Origin: Octopus bimaculoides | Lineage: Eukaryota | NCBI RefSeq assembly: GCF_001194135.2 | Contig: NC_068985.1 | Span: forward strand, 119,755,234-119,797,859 | Length of the DNA stretch: 42,626 nt | Direction of reading: 5' to 3' | Part shown: positions 1 through 13,007 of the stretch, in pieces | How the letters are laid out: each line of letters opens with the position of its first letter | How positions within the stretch are numbered: the stretch's first letter is position 1 | Translations under genes and position numbers: made by a program | The notes under the pieces: model-generated | Seen by the model: only the letters and a program-made list of their open reading frames with translations | What the model was told of the DNA's origin: nothing | The model's database searches: none

Positions 1-796
1 TTTTTTTTTTTTTTTTGTCCTTCCTTCCCCCTCCCAAAAAGAAAAGCTCTACATTGTATTTGTCCCATCTTCGTTGAGCCCTGTGTGGCTAATAAAAGAA
101 ATGTATCTATCTACTGTCTGTCTGTCTGTCTATTTATCTATGCATGAAGATTTCAGTATGTCTGTTTACAGTTGGGAGTATTAAAGATTTGCATATTTTA
201 GCTGCTACTGAAAGCTGAAGGAGAAAATATTAAAATGTTTAAAAATTTTCACTTCTAAATATTTAGTGAAGAGAATTGCAATTTTGATAACTTAAATGAC
301 AGCAGAAGAACAAATTCTTTTTTCATATGCAATAATTACTTGCTCCTAACTAAAACCGTGTGGAATTTTCTAAAATATATACTTTGCTAATTAATCTGCA
401 GATCCTCGTTATTAGATATACAGTTCACATTTGAATACTCCTATATGTTTACCTAAAATGCACACTGTGGTATATTTCCAAATATGTCTTTGGATTGTCA
501 GATGAATTCGTTCTTATTTTCGATTTGTTCCTCCATCATCATATGTCTGAAAAGAGGTAATATTAATTCAAATTTCAAAACGTTAAATAGAATTCGTAGA
601 GGAAGAATAATGCTACAAAAGACACCATCACTCCCAATAATGAAAATATATTTTGTGCTAATTCAAATAACATTGGAATTGATTAAAACAAATGCAGAGT
701 TTAGGGAAACGAAAGAATGTATCTGACAAACCAGTAGGAAAGATAAAGGCTAAAATTTAATTTGATTAGTTATACATTACCTCCAGCCTATCTATA

Positions 797-997
797 CTCT
801 TTTACTCTTTAACTTGTTTCAGTCATTTTACTGCGGCCATGCTGGAGCACCGCCTTTAGTCGAGAAAATCGACCCAGGATTTATTCTTTGTCAGCCTAGC
901 ACTTATACTATCGGTCTCTTTTTGCCGAACCGCTAAGTTACGGGGACGTAAACACACCAGCATCGGTTGTCAAGCGATGGTAGGGGGACAAACACAG

Positions 998-1032
<35 letters not shown>

Positions 1033-1204
1033 CATATATACGACGGGCCTCTTTCATTTTTCGTCTACCAAATCCACTCACAAGGCTTTGGTCGGCCCGA
1101 GGTTATAGTAGAAGACACTTGACCAAGGTGCCACGCACTGGGACTGAACCCGGAACCATGTGGTTGGTAAGCAAGCTACGTCCCACACAGCCACTCCTGC
1201 GCCT
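797..1204 (-). mobile_element. tRNA-headed SINE, family 1 (full length, internal CA/TA microsatellite)
   Basis: The reverse complement starts AGGCGCAGGAGTGGCTGTGTGG (A-box-like) ... GGTTCCGGGTTCAGTCCC (B-box-like). The same body recurs at ~19410-19835, 21705-21990, 26625-26790 and 39295-39514. Confidence 0.85.
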
Positions 1205-1263
1205 CACACAGCCACTCCTGCGCCTCACACAGCCACTCTTGCGCCTCACACAACCACTCCTGC
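1184..1263 (-). repeat. 21-bp tandem repeat (~3.8 copies) of the SINE 5' end
   Basis: Unit CACACAGCCACTCCTGCGCCT at 1184, 1205, 1226 and partial at 1247. Confidence 0.95.
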
Positions 1264-2655
1264 AGCAATTGTTTTTTATCCTGTCATCTATAAAACTTAT
1301 TTCACTCCAACTTTCTACATGGTGGACTGAACACGCATTCCTAAATATATTTAAATTTAATCATTTAATTTCGAAAGATTTGGCTATAATGAATAAACAG
1401 TTACAATTTCTTACATTTTCGTATCTCTAAACTATCATGTGCCATTTCATTTATCTTACAGTTATAATTCACTTTTCTTTCATTCCGTCGTTCTTTTCGC
1501 TACCCTTATATGTACATATTTCTAACTATATATGAAATAAATGCCGTTAAGTTTGAAATTGTTTCAACACACAGATCAACAATTGCATTTATATATGTCT
1601 CGATATACACACACATATGCGCGTGCAGATATGTGTGTTTCTGTGTGTGAATGAAATAATTTGTTTACAAGCATATACAAGGCTGTCAGTTAAAAGAAAC
1701 TGAATTAAACGTAAGTGTATTTAAAATTGGTTCCAAGTAATCTATCGAGTCAAAAAATAAAATACGAAGTCCAGCTAGTTGAGAGCAAATGAAACGAGGT
1801 AGGTAAACAATGATTTAAGCATGGTTATTGCCAAAATAAAAATCGGAAATCAGAATGTGAGACATGTTTGTTTGGTATCGGTCGAATACTTAGGAAGCCA
1901 GTGTGACAGCAAATTTTCATCTGCAGCACATACAACTTGTTTCTGATTGGTTAAAACTTATCATATCTGACTCACTAAAGAGTTTCTGTCGAACTGAAAG
2001 AGTTCCTGTTGAACTTGACAAAAATGGCTAGGAGTCTACCAATAAATGAGACAGCACATTTAATTTGTGAAAATAACATAAGCAACAACAGCAAAACCAA
2101 AATATCACCTGCATGATTGAAACTATCTTCTAAACATCGCTGGACAGGAGGCATTCTGGTCCGGTTTCATGGAATGTAGAAAGCTAGATATAAATTCACC
2201 CCCTAGATACAAAGCACACGCATATATGTACATATTTAAATACACACAGCGCGCGCACGCACACACACATTCACATGGAAGGCAAATTCTCAGATAACAC
2301 CTGATACCTAATCACATCACTAACGTGAAACAAAGTAGTGATGAATAACAATATCATGTTCAAAAACCAAACTATGCGCCTGTGACAGAGTTGAACTCAC
2401 GATATATGATGAAAGACTCAAACGCCATCTTGTCACTATTCCTATAAGCATATATTAAATACCGTCACAATAAACAGAAATATAACAAGCAACGGTAATG
2501 ATCAGACTGTCACTGAAATTTATAAAGTAAATGTTTTTCAATTCACTGATTTTTATTAATAAGATGTCTTCATTTAATTGCAGTATACTTAACTTAGTTT
2601 GTGTGAGCTCGTATTCAATAAAAATCTATGTTGATTTGTATGAGGGCCATTCAAT

Positions 2656-2782
2656 ATTTCAGCCAGTGCGGCAATAACAACGACCACCACAACAACAACA
2701 ATAACAACGACCACCACAACAACAACAATAACAACAACAGCAGCAGCAGTAAAAACAACAACAGCAACAAAGACAACAACAC
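2656..2782. repeat. Imperfect (AAC)n trinucleotide microsatellite
   Basis: AAC/AAT/GAC/CAC/AGC triplet run. It explains the poly-Asn and poly-Val ORFs. Confidence 0.9.
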
Positions 2783-3273
2783 ACATTTTAACCAGACACT
2801 GGACAAGCAATAATATACAATTTACAGAAATAATGTTATAACAACAGAAAATAAATAACAGAAAAAAAAATTTTTTTTTTAAATATGACAAATTATGAAA
2901 ATTATTAACAATTACAACAACATCGATAATGAAAGCTCAATTATAATGTTTCATGCCATGAAAGTATTAAACTGTATTTCAGCTCCATGCACTTGAAACT
3001 GTTGTGAGAAAGATGCATATATTCCATCGACGTGGCTTCATTATGAGAAAACTCCATTGATTTCCGAGATTTGCTCCATTATACTTGTAGTCACTTGAGA
3101 TGACAGCATTCCAATGAAACTCAGAATGAATGAAGGCAAGCCACAGTATATTAATGCTGAATAATGCAATGTTCGATCAAATGTGCTTGCTAGGTTTTAA
3201 CCAGTTAGTATCATTCAAACTCGAGTAAATAAATGGATGCATTGGTATATTTATTGTATAATTACGACGTTTT

Positions 3274-4139
3274 NNNNNNNNNNNNNNNNNNNNNNNNNNN
3301 NNNNNNNNNNNNNNNNNNNNNNNNNNNNNNNNNNNNNNNNNNNNNNNNNNNNNNNNNNNNNNNNNNNNNNNNNNNNNNNNNNNNNNNNNNNNNNNNNNNN
3401 NNNNNNNNNNNNNNNNNNNNNNNNNNNNNNNNNNNNNNNNNNNNNNNNNNNNNNNNNNNNNNNNNNNNNNNNNNNNNNNNNNNNNNNNNNNNNNNNNNNN
3501 NNNNNNNNNNNNNNNNNNNNNNNNNNNNNNNNNNNNNNNNNNNNNNNNNNNNNNNNNNNNNNNNNNNNNNNNNNNNNNNNNNNNNNNNNNNNNNNNNNNN
3601 NNNNNNNNNNNNNNNNNNNNNNNNNNNNNNNNNNNNNNNNNNNNNNNNNNNNNNNNNNNNNNNNNNNNNNNNNNNNNNNNNNNNNNNNNNNNNNNNNNNN
3701 NNNNNNNNNNNNNNNNNNNNNNNNNNNNNNNNNNNNNNNNNNNNNNNNNNNNNNNNNNNNNNNNNNNNNNNNNNNNNNNNNNNNNNNNNNNNNNNNNNNN
3801 NNNNNNNNNNNNNNNNNNNNNNNNNNNNNNNNNNNNNNNNNNNNNNNNNNNNNNNNNNNNNNNNNNNNNNNNNNNNNNNNNNNNNNNNNNNNNNNNNNNN
3901 NNNNNNNNNNNNNNNNNNNNNNNNNNNNNNNNNNNNNNNNNNNNNNNNNNNNNNNNNNNNNNNNNNNNNNNNNNNNNNNNNNNNNNNNNNNNNNNNNNNN
4001 NNNNNNNNNNNNNNNNNNNNNNNNNNNNNNNNNNNNNNNNNNNNNNNNNNNNNNNNNNNNNNNNNNNNNNNNNNNNNNNNNNNNNNNNNNNNNNNNNNNN
4101 NNNNNNNNNNNNNNNNNNNNNNNNNNNNNNNNNNNNNNN
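3274..4139. other. Assembly gap. Other large gaps: 4615-4857, 23525-23618, 28367-28953, 30259-30533, 38088-38758, 39515-40115
   Basis: Runs of N, mostly flanked by microsatellites. Confidence 1.
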
Positions 4140-5419
4140 TGTGTGTGTTTGTGTGTGTGTGTGTGTGAGCGTGTATGTATGCTTGTGTATATATACTTCT
4201 GTATGTATAGGTATATTACTGCATATGTGTGTGTATTTTCATGTGTTTGTCTTTTGTGCAATGTAGTATATTGATCCCGGCTTATGACTAATGTCTCAAA
4301 CATCACGTGCTCGATTATTATTCAAAACATCCACGTGTGATAAGCAAATAAATTAATAATCCATGTTTCTTGCTAGTATTATCAATACTTATCAATACTT
4401 TGAGCACACAGTACAAATATGGAGAGAAATTCATAATGCATTTAACGAGCGTGAAAATTTGTCTCTACTCTTGTTTTATAAACACAAAAACACATACACA
4501 TATGCATATACATACACATGTGCATATACATACACATGCAACTCTACATACATACATATATACATACATATATATATACATACATACATATATATATGTA
4601 TATATATATATATANNNNNNNNNNNNNNNNNNNNNNNNNNNNNNNNNNNNNNNNNNNNNNNNNNNNNNNNNNNNNNNNNNNNNNNNNNNNNNNNNNNNNN
4701 NNNNNNNNNNNNNNNNNNNNNNNNNNNNNNNNNNNNNNNNNNNNNNNNNNNNNNNNNNNNNNNNNNNNNNNNNNNNNNNNNNNNNNNNNNNNNNNNNNNN
4801 NNNNNNNNNNNNNNNNNNNNNNNNNNNNNNNNNNNNNNNNNNNNNNNNNNNNNNNNNAGTGTATAGCATAGTTATACCGCTAAGCGTTATAGTATCCATA
4901 TTAATTCTTTCCTTTTAGTTATAAATATTTCGTTCCAAACAACTTTCAAAATTTAAAATATTATCCCCTTCATCACAATTTTTGGGTTTTTCCCATTTTT
5001 TTAATGAAAATCTTTTAGGAATCCTATGAGGAGAATACGGAGATTACAATTCTGAGTAATTTTTCCCCAAACTTCAACGTTTAAAATTTTAGCTCTCTCC
5101 CTCCTGGCTTTAAAGATATACACCTTACCTTGGTACCAATATTCCGGTTGTCTTTAAATTCGACTACTTAGTTCCGCATGCACAGCTGTGTCTTGAACTA
5201 GCATGCCTGAAATAGTAGCTAGATCTCTGTAAAAGGATTTTTCAAAGGAATTTAATGTTTTAAATCATTGCATTTATGATAAAGTAAAATAGAATTTTTA
5301 TTCATATAATTCTGTTTTCATCACCATAGAGCTGGACAGATTATGAATATTTCAATTTGTTCCTAAAAGTGAATGCAAAAGCAGTGTTTATGCTTTCATT
5401 CTGAAACAGAAATTTAATG

Positions 5420-5900
5420 CAATTTGTTAAATTAAAGATTTATTATTTTTCTCAATATATGCGCTTTTCTCAATATTTGCACTTCACAGAATCTAGCAGT
5501 TGATTTTTGCCACCGACCAAAGTCTTTCCACTTGGCTAGTGGAACAAAATCCCATATTTTAAAACAATTTAGTTCCTCTGAAAATTTTTAAACACACTTC
5601 CTTGACAGTGAAGAGATTCACAGTGTTTTCAACGTATTTCTCAAGAATACGAAGCTGATCTGACCAATCTACCTCAAATTGATCGACTCATATTGCTGCA
5701 TTGCTTTCTGACTGGTGTCATCTAATTCAGCTACTACTGTTTTATATCCATGTCTGATTTACAGGATTTTTAACATTTGCTGTATTTATACATGCTTTGA
5801 GAAAAATCATCCATTGTGCATTGTGTTGCATTCTCAGTAACCTTATAGCTTGAACCTCTGTAGTAAGTTCTCGGCAGTAACAACTTTAAGCCTGATATTG
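5420..5900 (-). pseudogene. Possible degenerate hAT-like transposase C-terminal remnant
   Basis: Manual minus-strand translation (with stops and frameshifts) gives ...KVTENATQCTMDDFSQSMYKY...EVDWSDQLRILEKYVEN...STSQVERLWSVAK. The last part resembles the hAT dimerisation motif (TSxxxERxFSxA). Only a weak motif match. Confidence 0.3.
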
Positions 5901-6311
5901 AACTTCGAAATACTTTTAATGCTAACGTGTTTTCTATGTCATTACATTTATTGTTCGTGATTTTATGAGTGATGTTCCTTTTCTCCTGACTTAAATCGTT
6001 ATTTCCATAATACCTCCTATCTAACATATATCTACTTATCGCTTATTGTCTTCTTTGATGTATTAAAATAAATCGAATTTAGAAAAGATGTGAAAGTGAT
6101 TTTATCAATAAATGCAAAATAAAATGGAAAACTGCATTGAAATTTGAAGGAGATTCGTGTGTTATTTCTAGCAGGTTGAGCGATTTCGTAAATGCTTCTT
6201 TGTTCGTTTGTCTTCCGTCCGGTATCGAATGGAGGACAAATGTTCTCTAAATTGCAGCTGCTGTTTAGAGTTATTTCGAAATTACATTCAGCCCTACCAC
6301 ACAGCCACTCA

Positions 6312-6909
6312 GGATCTTTTTTAAAACGGGGCCACATTTTTCATTAATGTTTTACGTAGTGTTTTTGGTACCGAAAGACTTTCAAACTTCGTATATTTAT
6401 CTATTCTGTGTTATAGAACAGAAAAATATTTTTGTATTCGAATTTATTTCATGTAAAAAATTGTCTTATTTCGATAATTTCAACAAATCACTGACAAGTA
6501 TTCAGTTGTTTACATTTACTCCTTTGGCTGAATAAGCCATAGCTTCGTTTTATTTGCTTTTTTCATTTTAAATTTGCTTTTTTCATTTTCTTTTTTTGTT
6601 CTTCGCTTTATTTGCTTTTTTCTTTTTAAATTTGCTGTTTTACCCTAACCCTAACCCTATCACCGATAGAATTGTTTCAGAATCGTTTGTTTATGTAGTC
6701 GGCACTTAATGTATATCGGCTGAATGGACGTCAGTGATTGGTTGAAATTACAGAAATACGACAAATTTAACATGGAATAACTTAGGGATTTCTTTTTTTT
6801 TAAAGAAGACTAAGAGAAAAAGATGTTTTATATGACACATTCTACCAGTGTTCCAAGTTTCAAAGTGTTTCGTTAATGAAAAATGTGGCCCCCGTTTTAA
6901 AAAAGATCC
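6312..6909. mobile_element. Non-autonomous foldback DNA transposon (MITE) with GG termini, 8-bp TSD and internal CCCTAA repeats
   Basis: Terminal ~36 bp are inverted (GGATCTTTTTTAAAACGGGGCCACATTTTTCATTAA, one indel), with imperfect arms extending ~200 bp. TSD GCCACTCA at 6304-6311 and 6910-6917. CCCTAACCCTAACCCTA at 6643-6659. Confidence 0.92.
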
Positions 6910-7339
6910 GCCACTCATATTCTGCATGTTCTACAAAACTGGAGTTAGGCTCACAACAGAGTACAACGCTATTTGTTCTTTAGAATTGCCTGGGTGCATT
7001 GCCACTTCTTCTCAGGCATTCCCGTCCAATGTGTCTCTCCGCCTTTTTGTGTCTAGCCAGGCTTCGCACTAATAATAGTATTTCGACATTTCTTCCCTGA
7101 TCGTCCGACCATTGGAATTTTCTCCTTCCTCATACATTTCCCAGAGGTGTTGACTTACGATGTTTCAAGAGGAATATTCATGGCGTCAATCACACTGGCC
7201 TGGAAAGCCATGAGTATTTCCTTGATTTCTGGAGCCAGAAAATGAAGAATCAAGTGAATCAGAGAAAACTGAGGACACTTCGTCTGACATCTGTTGGGAA
7301 CTGGTAAATATAATTCTGATTGACATTGCGTTACTTAGC

Positions 7340-7970
7340 CCGTCGGTAACGCTTTCACGTGATTAGAGAAAACGAGGGAGAGATAAATGTCCATGACATG
7401 AGGTAGAGGGAATGTAATTGTAACGCTTTCACGTGATTAGTTGAAGGGAAAGAGAAGAGAAAGAAAAAGGAGAGAGAAAAAGAGGATAAGGTGAAGAGCG
7501 AGACTGAAAGAGGGAGAAAGGAAAAGAGACAAAGAGAGAGACAGAGATAGAGGGAGGGAGAAAGACGGAGAGAAGAGAGAGAGAGAGAGAGGGAGGGAGA
7601 AAGACGGAGAGAAGAGAGAGAGAAGGAGAAAGACGGAGAGAAGAGAGAGAGAGAAAGAAAGAGAGAGAAGCGTCCATACCACGAGGTAGAGGGGATGTAA
7701 TCGTAACGCTTTTAAGTGCTTAGTTGGAGGGAAAAAGAGGAGAAAGAAAAAGGAGAGAGAAAAAGAGGATAAGGCGAAGAGTGCGACTGAAAGAGAGAGT
7801 GAAATGAAAAGAGAGAAAGAGAGAGAGAATGATGGAGAGAAGAGAGAGAGAGAGAGAGAGAGAGTGGGAGAGATAGAGATAGAGATAGAAAGAGAGAGAG
7901 AGAGAGAGAGAGAGACAAAGACAGAGAGAGAGAGAAGCGTCCGTGCCGTGATGTAGAGGAAATATAANNN
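7340..7970. repeat. Composite ~280-bp tandem repeat with GA-rich bodies
   Basis: Header ...GAGGTAGAGGGxATGTAATxGTAACGCTTT... at ~7400 and ~7680, with partial header pieces at ~7345 and ~7940. Each header is followed by a similar purine-rich tract. Confidence 0.7.
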
Positions 7971-8025
7971 NNNNNNNTAGCGGAGTGATGTTCTGATGGT
8001 GAGGTTAAAGAAGGGCTGAGAGAGA

Positions 8026-8065
<40 letters not shown>

Positions 8066-9989
8066 GAGTATGAGAAAGACGGAGAGACAGAGAAAAGAGG
8101 CAGAGAGAGAGAGAGAAAGGGGGGGGGAGAGTTGATGGTGTAGTTCTTAAACCGGATGGTGATCTTCTGTCGGGTGGCTTATTTAATCCTAGTAAACAAG
8201 AAATCAGAGCGGCAAAATCTAGTAAAAATCCCACAGAGCATCTCATCCAATGTTTTAATAATTCTCCCATAATTCAGCCACTCCACTATCCTAGTCCGCT
8301 GCTCCATCTTATTGACTCCGAAAGGATGAAGAGCAAACTTTACCTCACGATTTGAACTCCGAGAACAGATAACAAAAATGAATAACAAGAGAATATTTTA
8401 TCCTACTCTCAAATAAATGTGTCTTTTTTTTCACCAGCAATCAAGGCAAAGGCCGAGGTTATTCTCATGACGGGGAGCTAACTCAAGCGCTTCCAAGAAA
8501 GCGTATTCTGCAAAAGCAGCAAAGGGCCAGTGATAGCGTTAAACCGGTCGACGTAATTGTTCTTCCAATCATAACTATACACAATAACACGGAACTGCTG
8601 ACACCTTAACTAGATGTTAATGCAAATATGCAATTCTCGTTAACAGCAATAATTAATTTTATGCTGCGTTAGATACTACTTTGCAATTCAACACATCTTT
8701 CTACTAAACCACACGACACACAGACGCCTATCACCCACATACACACACGCACGCATCTCCCTGTTATACACATTCAAAATGCACACATGGCTTCACGTGC
8801 AAAAGTTATCCACAACCATTTCACAACAAAAAGCAAAAAAGCAAAAAATGAAACAACGAAAGCCCCACAGCATCTCAGAGCTGTCATGCCTTGCTATTCC
8901 ATGTATCTTAATTCCATACAACTGCTTAAAACAATAACATCATAATAACAGTAGCAGTAACATTAGCAACAACTTCAAAAAAACGACAACATGCAGTTTA
9001 TAAAGAATAAGACAAAAAAGAAAAAAAAGATGCATTGATTCATCAAACATTAAAAAAAGGAAAAGATAAGACACGAATTAGTAAGAAAAAATTTAGAATT
9101 GCGATGATTGTTAAGAGGTTTCTGTGAACAGAATAGACACTTATCTGATATTGGAAGAAAGTGGAAAAACAATAAAATACACAGGAAGCAACTCAATGTA
9201 AGCTAAGTAGATAATAATGTTGCTTATGTTTTAACTGATATTATAGCATTCAGGTACATAAATGCACACAACCTATCATAAAGAAAATCTCACACACACA
9301 TACAAACACACACATATGAAGTGCTTAGTTGTATTGCTACGAAGACCACTGTTCAATAAAATACTCAATATACATTATAAAGTAGAGTTAATAATTTTTT
9401 TTATATGAATATTGCCTCTCCGAGTGAATCATCCGTTTCGAGTTACTCCTTAGCGCACATAAAGTTCCACTGGTAAATATATTTTATATTGATAACAGAA
9501 ATTAATCATTGTATTACTTCGTGTTTATCAATGCATAATGTCGTTTTTAAGTGATTGATCGACAGAGAAGTTAGTGGATGTCATACAAAATACCTAGCGG
9601 TATTTTCCCGATATTATACCTTCTGGATTCCAAATCTGCAGAGGTGAACTTTGCTTTTCATCATTTTGAATCGAAAAAAGAAAGAAGCAGTTAAGTTGAT
9701 GGCATCGACTAATACCTTTCCGCCAAAATTTTAGATCTGACTTCTATGCAAAAAAAAAACATTAACATAGAGTAACTTCGATTATCCATGGTTCCATATT
9801 CTAATCAGGGATATATTTGTATGGTAAGTGCTTTGATCTCAGGTCATGTCCTGAAACTAAAACGATTGCGTTGTGGAAGTAGAGACACTCAAAGACCATT
9901 ATCTTTACTTAAACATTTACCGTGTGTAATATATCGAAATTTTTGCCGTTCGAAACAGGCACCTGATCACAGCAGCACAAATTTTGTCT

Positions 9990-10226
9990 GCGAGAAGGTC
10001 ACAATTTCGAGCAACAAGAATGTTGGCACCATGTTGTTTTGCAAACAACTCACACATGCAAGTGCTACCAGTCGAGAACTCCGCATACCGGAAGCCAGCA
10101 AGTGTATGGGGTCATCAGGAGAGAATGCGCGCCGTTTCGGGGCCTACCTCTCGACGGCATCAATGCGCATCGGCCTCCCCCACTGATATGAGGCCCCGCT
10201 TGCTAGATCAACTGGTTACAAAAAAA
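9990..10226 (+). other. Unidentified GC/CpG-rich segment ending in a poly(A) run (possible retroposed insert)
   Basis: Sharp compositional shift from the AT-rich flank, followed by about 16 A at ~10210-10226. Confidence 0.35.
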
Positions 10227-10644
10227 AAAAAAAAAGGTTCAATGTTTCTCTAGCCATCGCTCATCGTCTCTTTTTAACCAAAATAAATAAATGTTTGAAT
10301 GAAGTAACAGTCTTTGTGTGTTTCTCAATGGCTAACTCTTGTCTTCCACGCTGCAATCATTATATTTGAGTTATTTTACTCTTTTACCTCTTATTTGAGT
10401 CACTGACATCCACCCCTTACTGGGGTGCTGCCTTCGAAAAAGAACTGATGTTTGCGTCGTCTGGGAAGTGAACCTAGTTCGACTGCTTAGAAGATAACCA
10501 TTTTCAAAGTCGGACTTAAAAATTGATTTCTCAGTGAAACTATATATATGAGATGTATTGGCATCCAGAAGATCCAAGGTGGAAGGTAACGCTATGCAAA
10601 ATCCTCCACAATCCTTTTTAACTCTCCAAGCTTATTTTACTTGT

Positions 10645-11035
10645 TTAATACTACACATATAGGCATGCATATGCGTACGTATGCGGATGTATGTGCGTAT
10701 GTGTATAGGTGTGTGTGTGTGTATGTGTGTGTGTGTGCGCGATGCGTGTATGTATGTATACATGTGCATGTATACGCGTATGTTTGCGCGCGTGTATGCG
10801 TATATGCATTTATCTATGGGTATGCGTGTGTGTGCATATATATATGTGTGTGCATGCATGTGTACGTATGTTTGTATACGCATGTGTATGCAGACATGCA
10901 TATGTGTGTATATGTATGTGTGTGTATGTGTATATATATATATATGCATGCATGCCTACGGATTTAAATACACAAGTACGCAGGCCTATTTAATAATGCA
11001 TACACACGCATATATGTACGTGCGTGCGTGCCTAT
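10645..11035. repeat. Complex (TG/TA/CA) low-complexity microsatellite tract
   Basis: Alternating purine-pyrimidine repeats. Source of the overlapping MCVCV-type ORFs. Confidence 0.9.
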
Positions 11036-11099
11036 ATCGATGTACACTTCTTTCTTTCTTTCTTTCTCTCTGATTCCTCTCCCCACACTATCACATTAG

Positions 11100-12590
11100 T
11101 CAGTAGAATAAACACGTAAGTCTATTTATAGAAACTTGACCGTTCTTAGTGTTCTTCCCTTCCGTTTTCTGGTTTACTACTCACTTTAGAAACCCCACTC
11201 CTATACCTTTTCTTTACCAATCCCTTAATGCCCGTCTAACATATCACCCCACTTCGCACATCTCACACATATTCATTACTTACATTCTTATCTCTTCCTA
11301 CCTCTCCTATACTCCTCTCCCATTCCCCCCTCATAATATCTTGACCACCAACTAACACACCTTTTTCATTATTTAGATAATATTTTGTTTAATTCCTGGA
11401 GAAATTTACTCGGTGGATTTGGGATAGTAAGGAAGCGAGAGTTCAATTTCGAAATGAGCAGTGACCTTATAGCAACAATTCCACCAGGTTGTGTAATTAA
11501 TCTTTTCATTCATCTGTTGATTTTTACTTGAATCTCAAATAATTTATTTTCAAAATCCTTTTTAGCCATAACCATTAAATCTATTGAAAATATTACACCC
11601 AGAGGTTTGAAGTCATCTGGGTTAAATTCAATTTTTAATTTAGATAAGTGTGTGACTGAGCTGCTCTTTCTTACATCTACCCATATCAATTAAGACTTAT
11701 CATAATTAATTTTAAGTCCAGATATATCAGCATAAAAGTTCAGTGTCAACTGTAGTTTCAAAAGACTCTTGTGAACCATCTAAAGTGAACTCTGTATCGT
11801 CTGCATAGTGCGTCAACAGATACTCCCCATTATCAACTGTAATTCGTTTAATATCTCTGTTCTTTCGTATAAGACCACCCAGGACCTCGACACAGAGGTT
11901 GAAAGTATATGGAGTGAGAGGATCACCCTGTCTACAGCCCCGCTCAACAGGAAACCAAAGAGACAATGTACTATTAATAGTCAGATAAGATCTAGCACTA
12001 TTGTACAGAATATTGAACCACTTACAAATGTCATCACCAGAACCAAAAAAAAGCTAATATTTTGTTTATAAGTGACGATGAGATAGAATCAAATGTTTTC
12101 TCAAAATCTATTAAAAACAACATTCCCAGCATATCATTTGATTCTGTGTGGTTCATCAAATCATATATCAGTCTATTGTTATCGCCAATGTATCTGTTAG
12201 ATATTAATCCTGTTTGATTAATACTAACCAACTTTGTAAGGATACTTTTGAACCTCTCAGCAATAACAGATGAGAGAAGTGTGTACGCAGAAGCAAGAAG
12301 TGAAATATGTTTCCAGTTCTTCAGGAAACGCTTGGGCTTATCTCCTTTTCGAATACAAGTAATAATACCTTGCCTCTGTGTCACCGGCAGATAACCCTTA
12401 GCAAAACTATAACTGAATGACCTCAACAAAAACAGATAAATCTTTCCAAAAGAATTTATAAAGATCATAGATGAACCCATCTAAACCTGGACTTTTATTA
12501 TTCTTTGCCTTTTCAAACATTCCAAGAGTTCTTCGTGAGTTATTGGGCCTTCCAATGAGTCAGACTCTCCCTTACTAAGCCTATATAAGT
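11100..12590 (-). mobile_element. 5'-truncated, decayed L1/Tx1-clade LINE (AT-rich lineage), ORF2 RT domain
   Basis: Fragments include EGPITHEELL..KSPGLDG, QRQGIITCIRKGDKPK, NQTGLISNRYIGDNNRLIYD, LIDFEKTFDS, RGCRQGDPL, THYADD and RSLLISKLN..TIPNP. A purine-rich putative 3' UTR lies at ~11100-11370 (boundary uncertain). Confidence 0.92.
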
Positions 12591-13007
12591 CCTGGGGTCG
12601 ATTTATTCGACTAAAGGTGGAGGTCTAGCATGGCCGCAGTGAAATGACTGAAAAAAGTAACAGAATAAAAGAATACCTACAATTTTGCATTCCTTTGAAT
12701 ATTCATATCTTTATATTTAAACAGTTTTCGTTCATATAAATACTTCATGTTTCTCTCTCGTATTAAGATAGTTCTTCGAATGGCATGCGAATGTGGGAGC
12801 CTGGATACAATTGCCGAGGCAGCTAGAAGTACCAGGCAAATTTACCTCAATTTCATATAAAAAGAATATCTTGCATATGAAGACCTAGATATATAGTTAA
12901 AAACAGAAGGAACTATTTGGTCATCATTCTGTTAGATTATGTCTGATCTGATGCCAAACGATAAAGGTTTAAAATAACGTCTAAAGACTGATAGCGGTTA
13001 GATATTA

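Noticed and set aside
2589-2891. Poly-Asn and poly-Val ORFs
   Set aside because: Translation of an (AAC)n microsatellite; no supporting domain or splice context.
2985-3165. Minus-strand open frames of ~40-60 codons with hydrophobic stretches
   Set aside because: No recognisable family; length is compatible with chance.
3233-4918. Long ORFs of 100-350 aa here and at 28322-29041, 29918-30627 and 37989-40227
   Set aside because: Consist mostly of X from N gaps plus microsatellite translation.
8436-8508. Candidate minus-strand exon reading EYAFLEALELAPRHENNLGLCLDC (TPR-like), with a good acceptor
   Set aside because: Very short, weak donor, TPR spacing imperfect, and no partner exons recognised. 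Needs RNA-seq or BLASTX.
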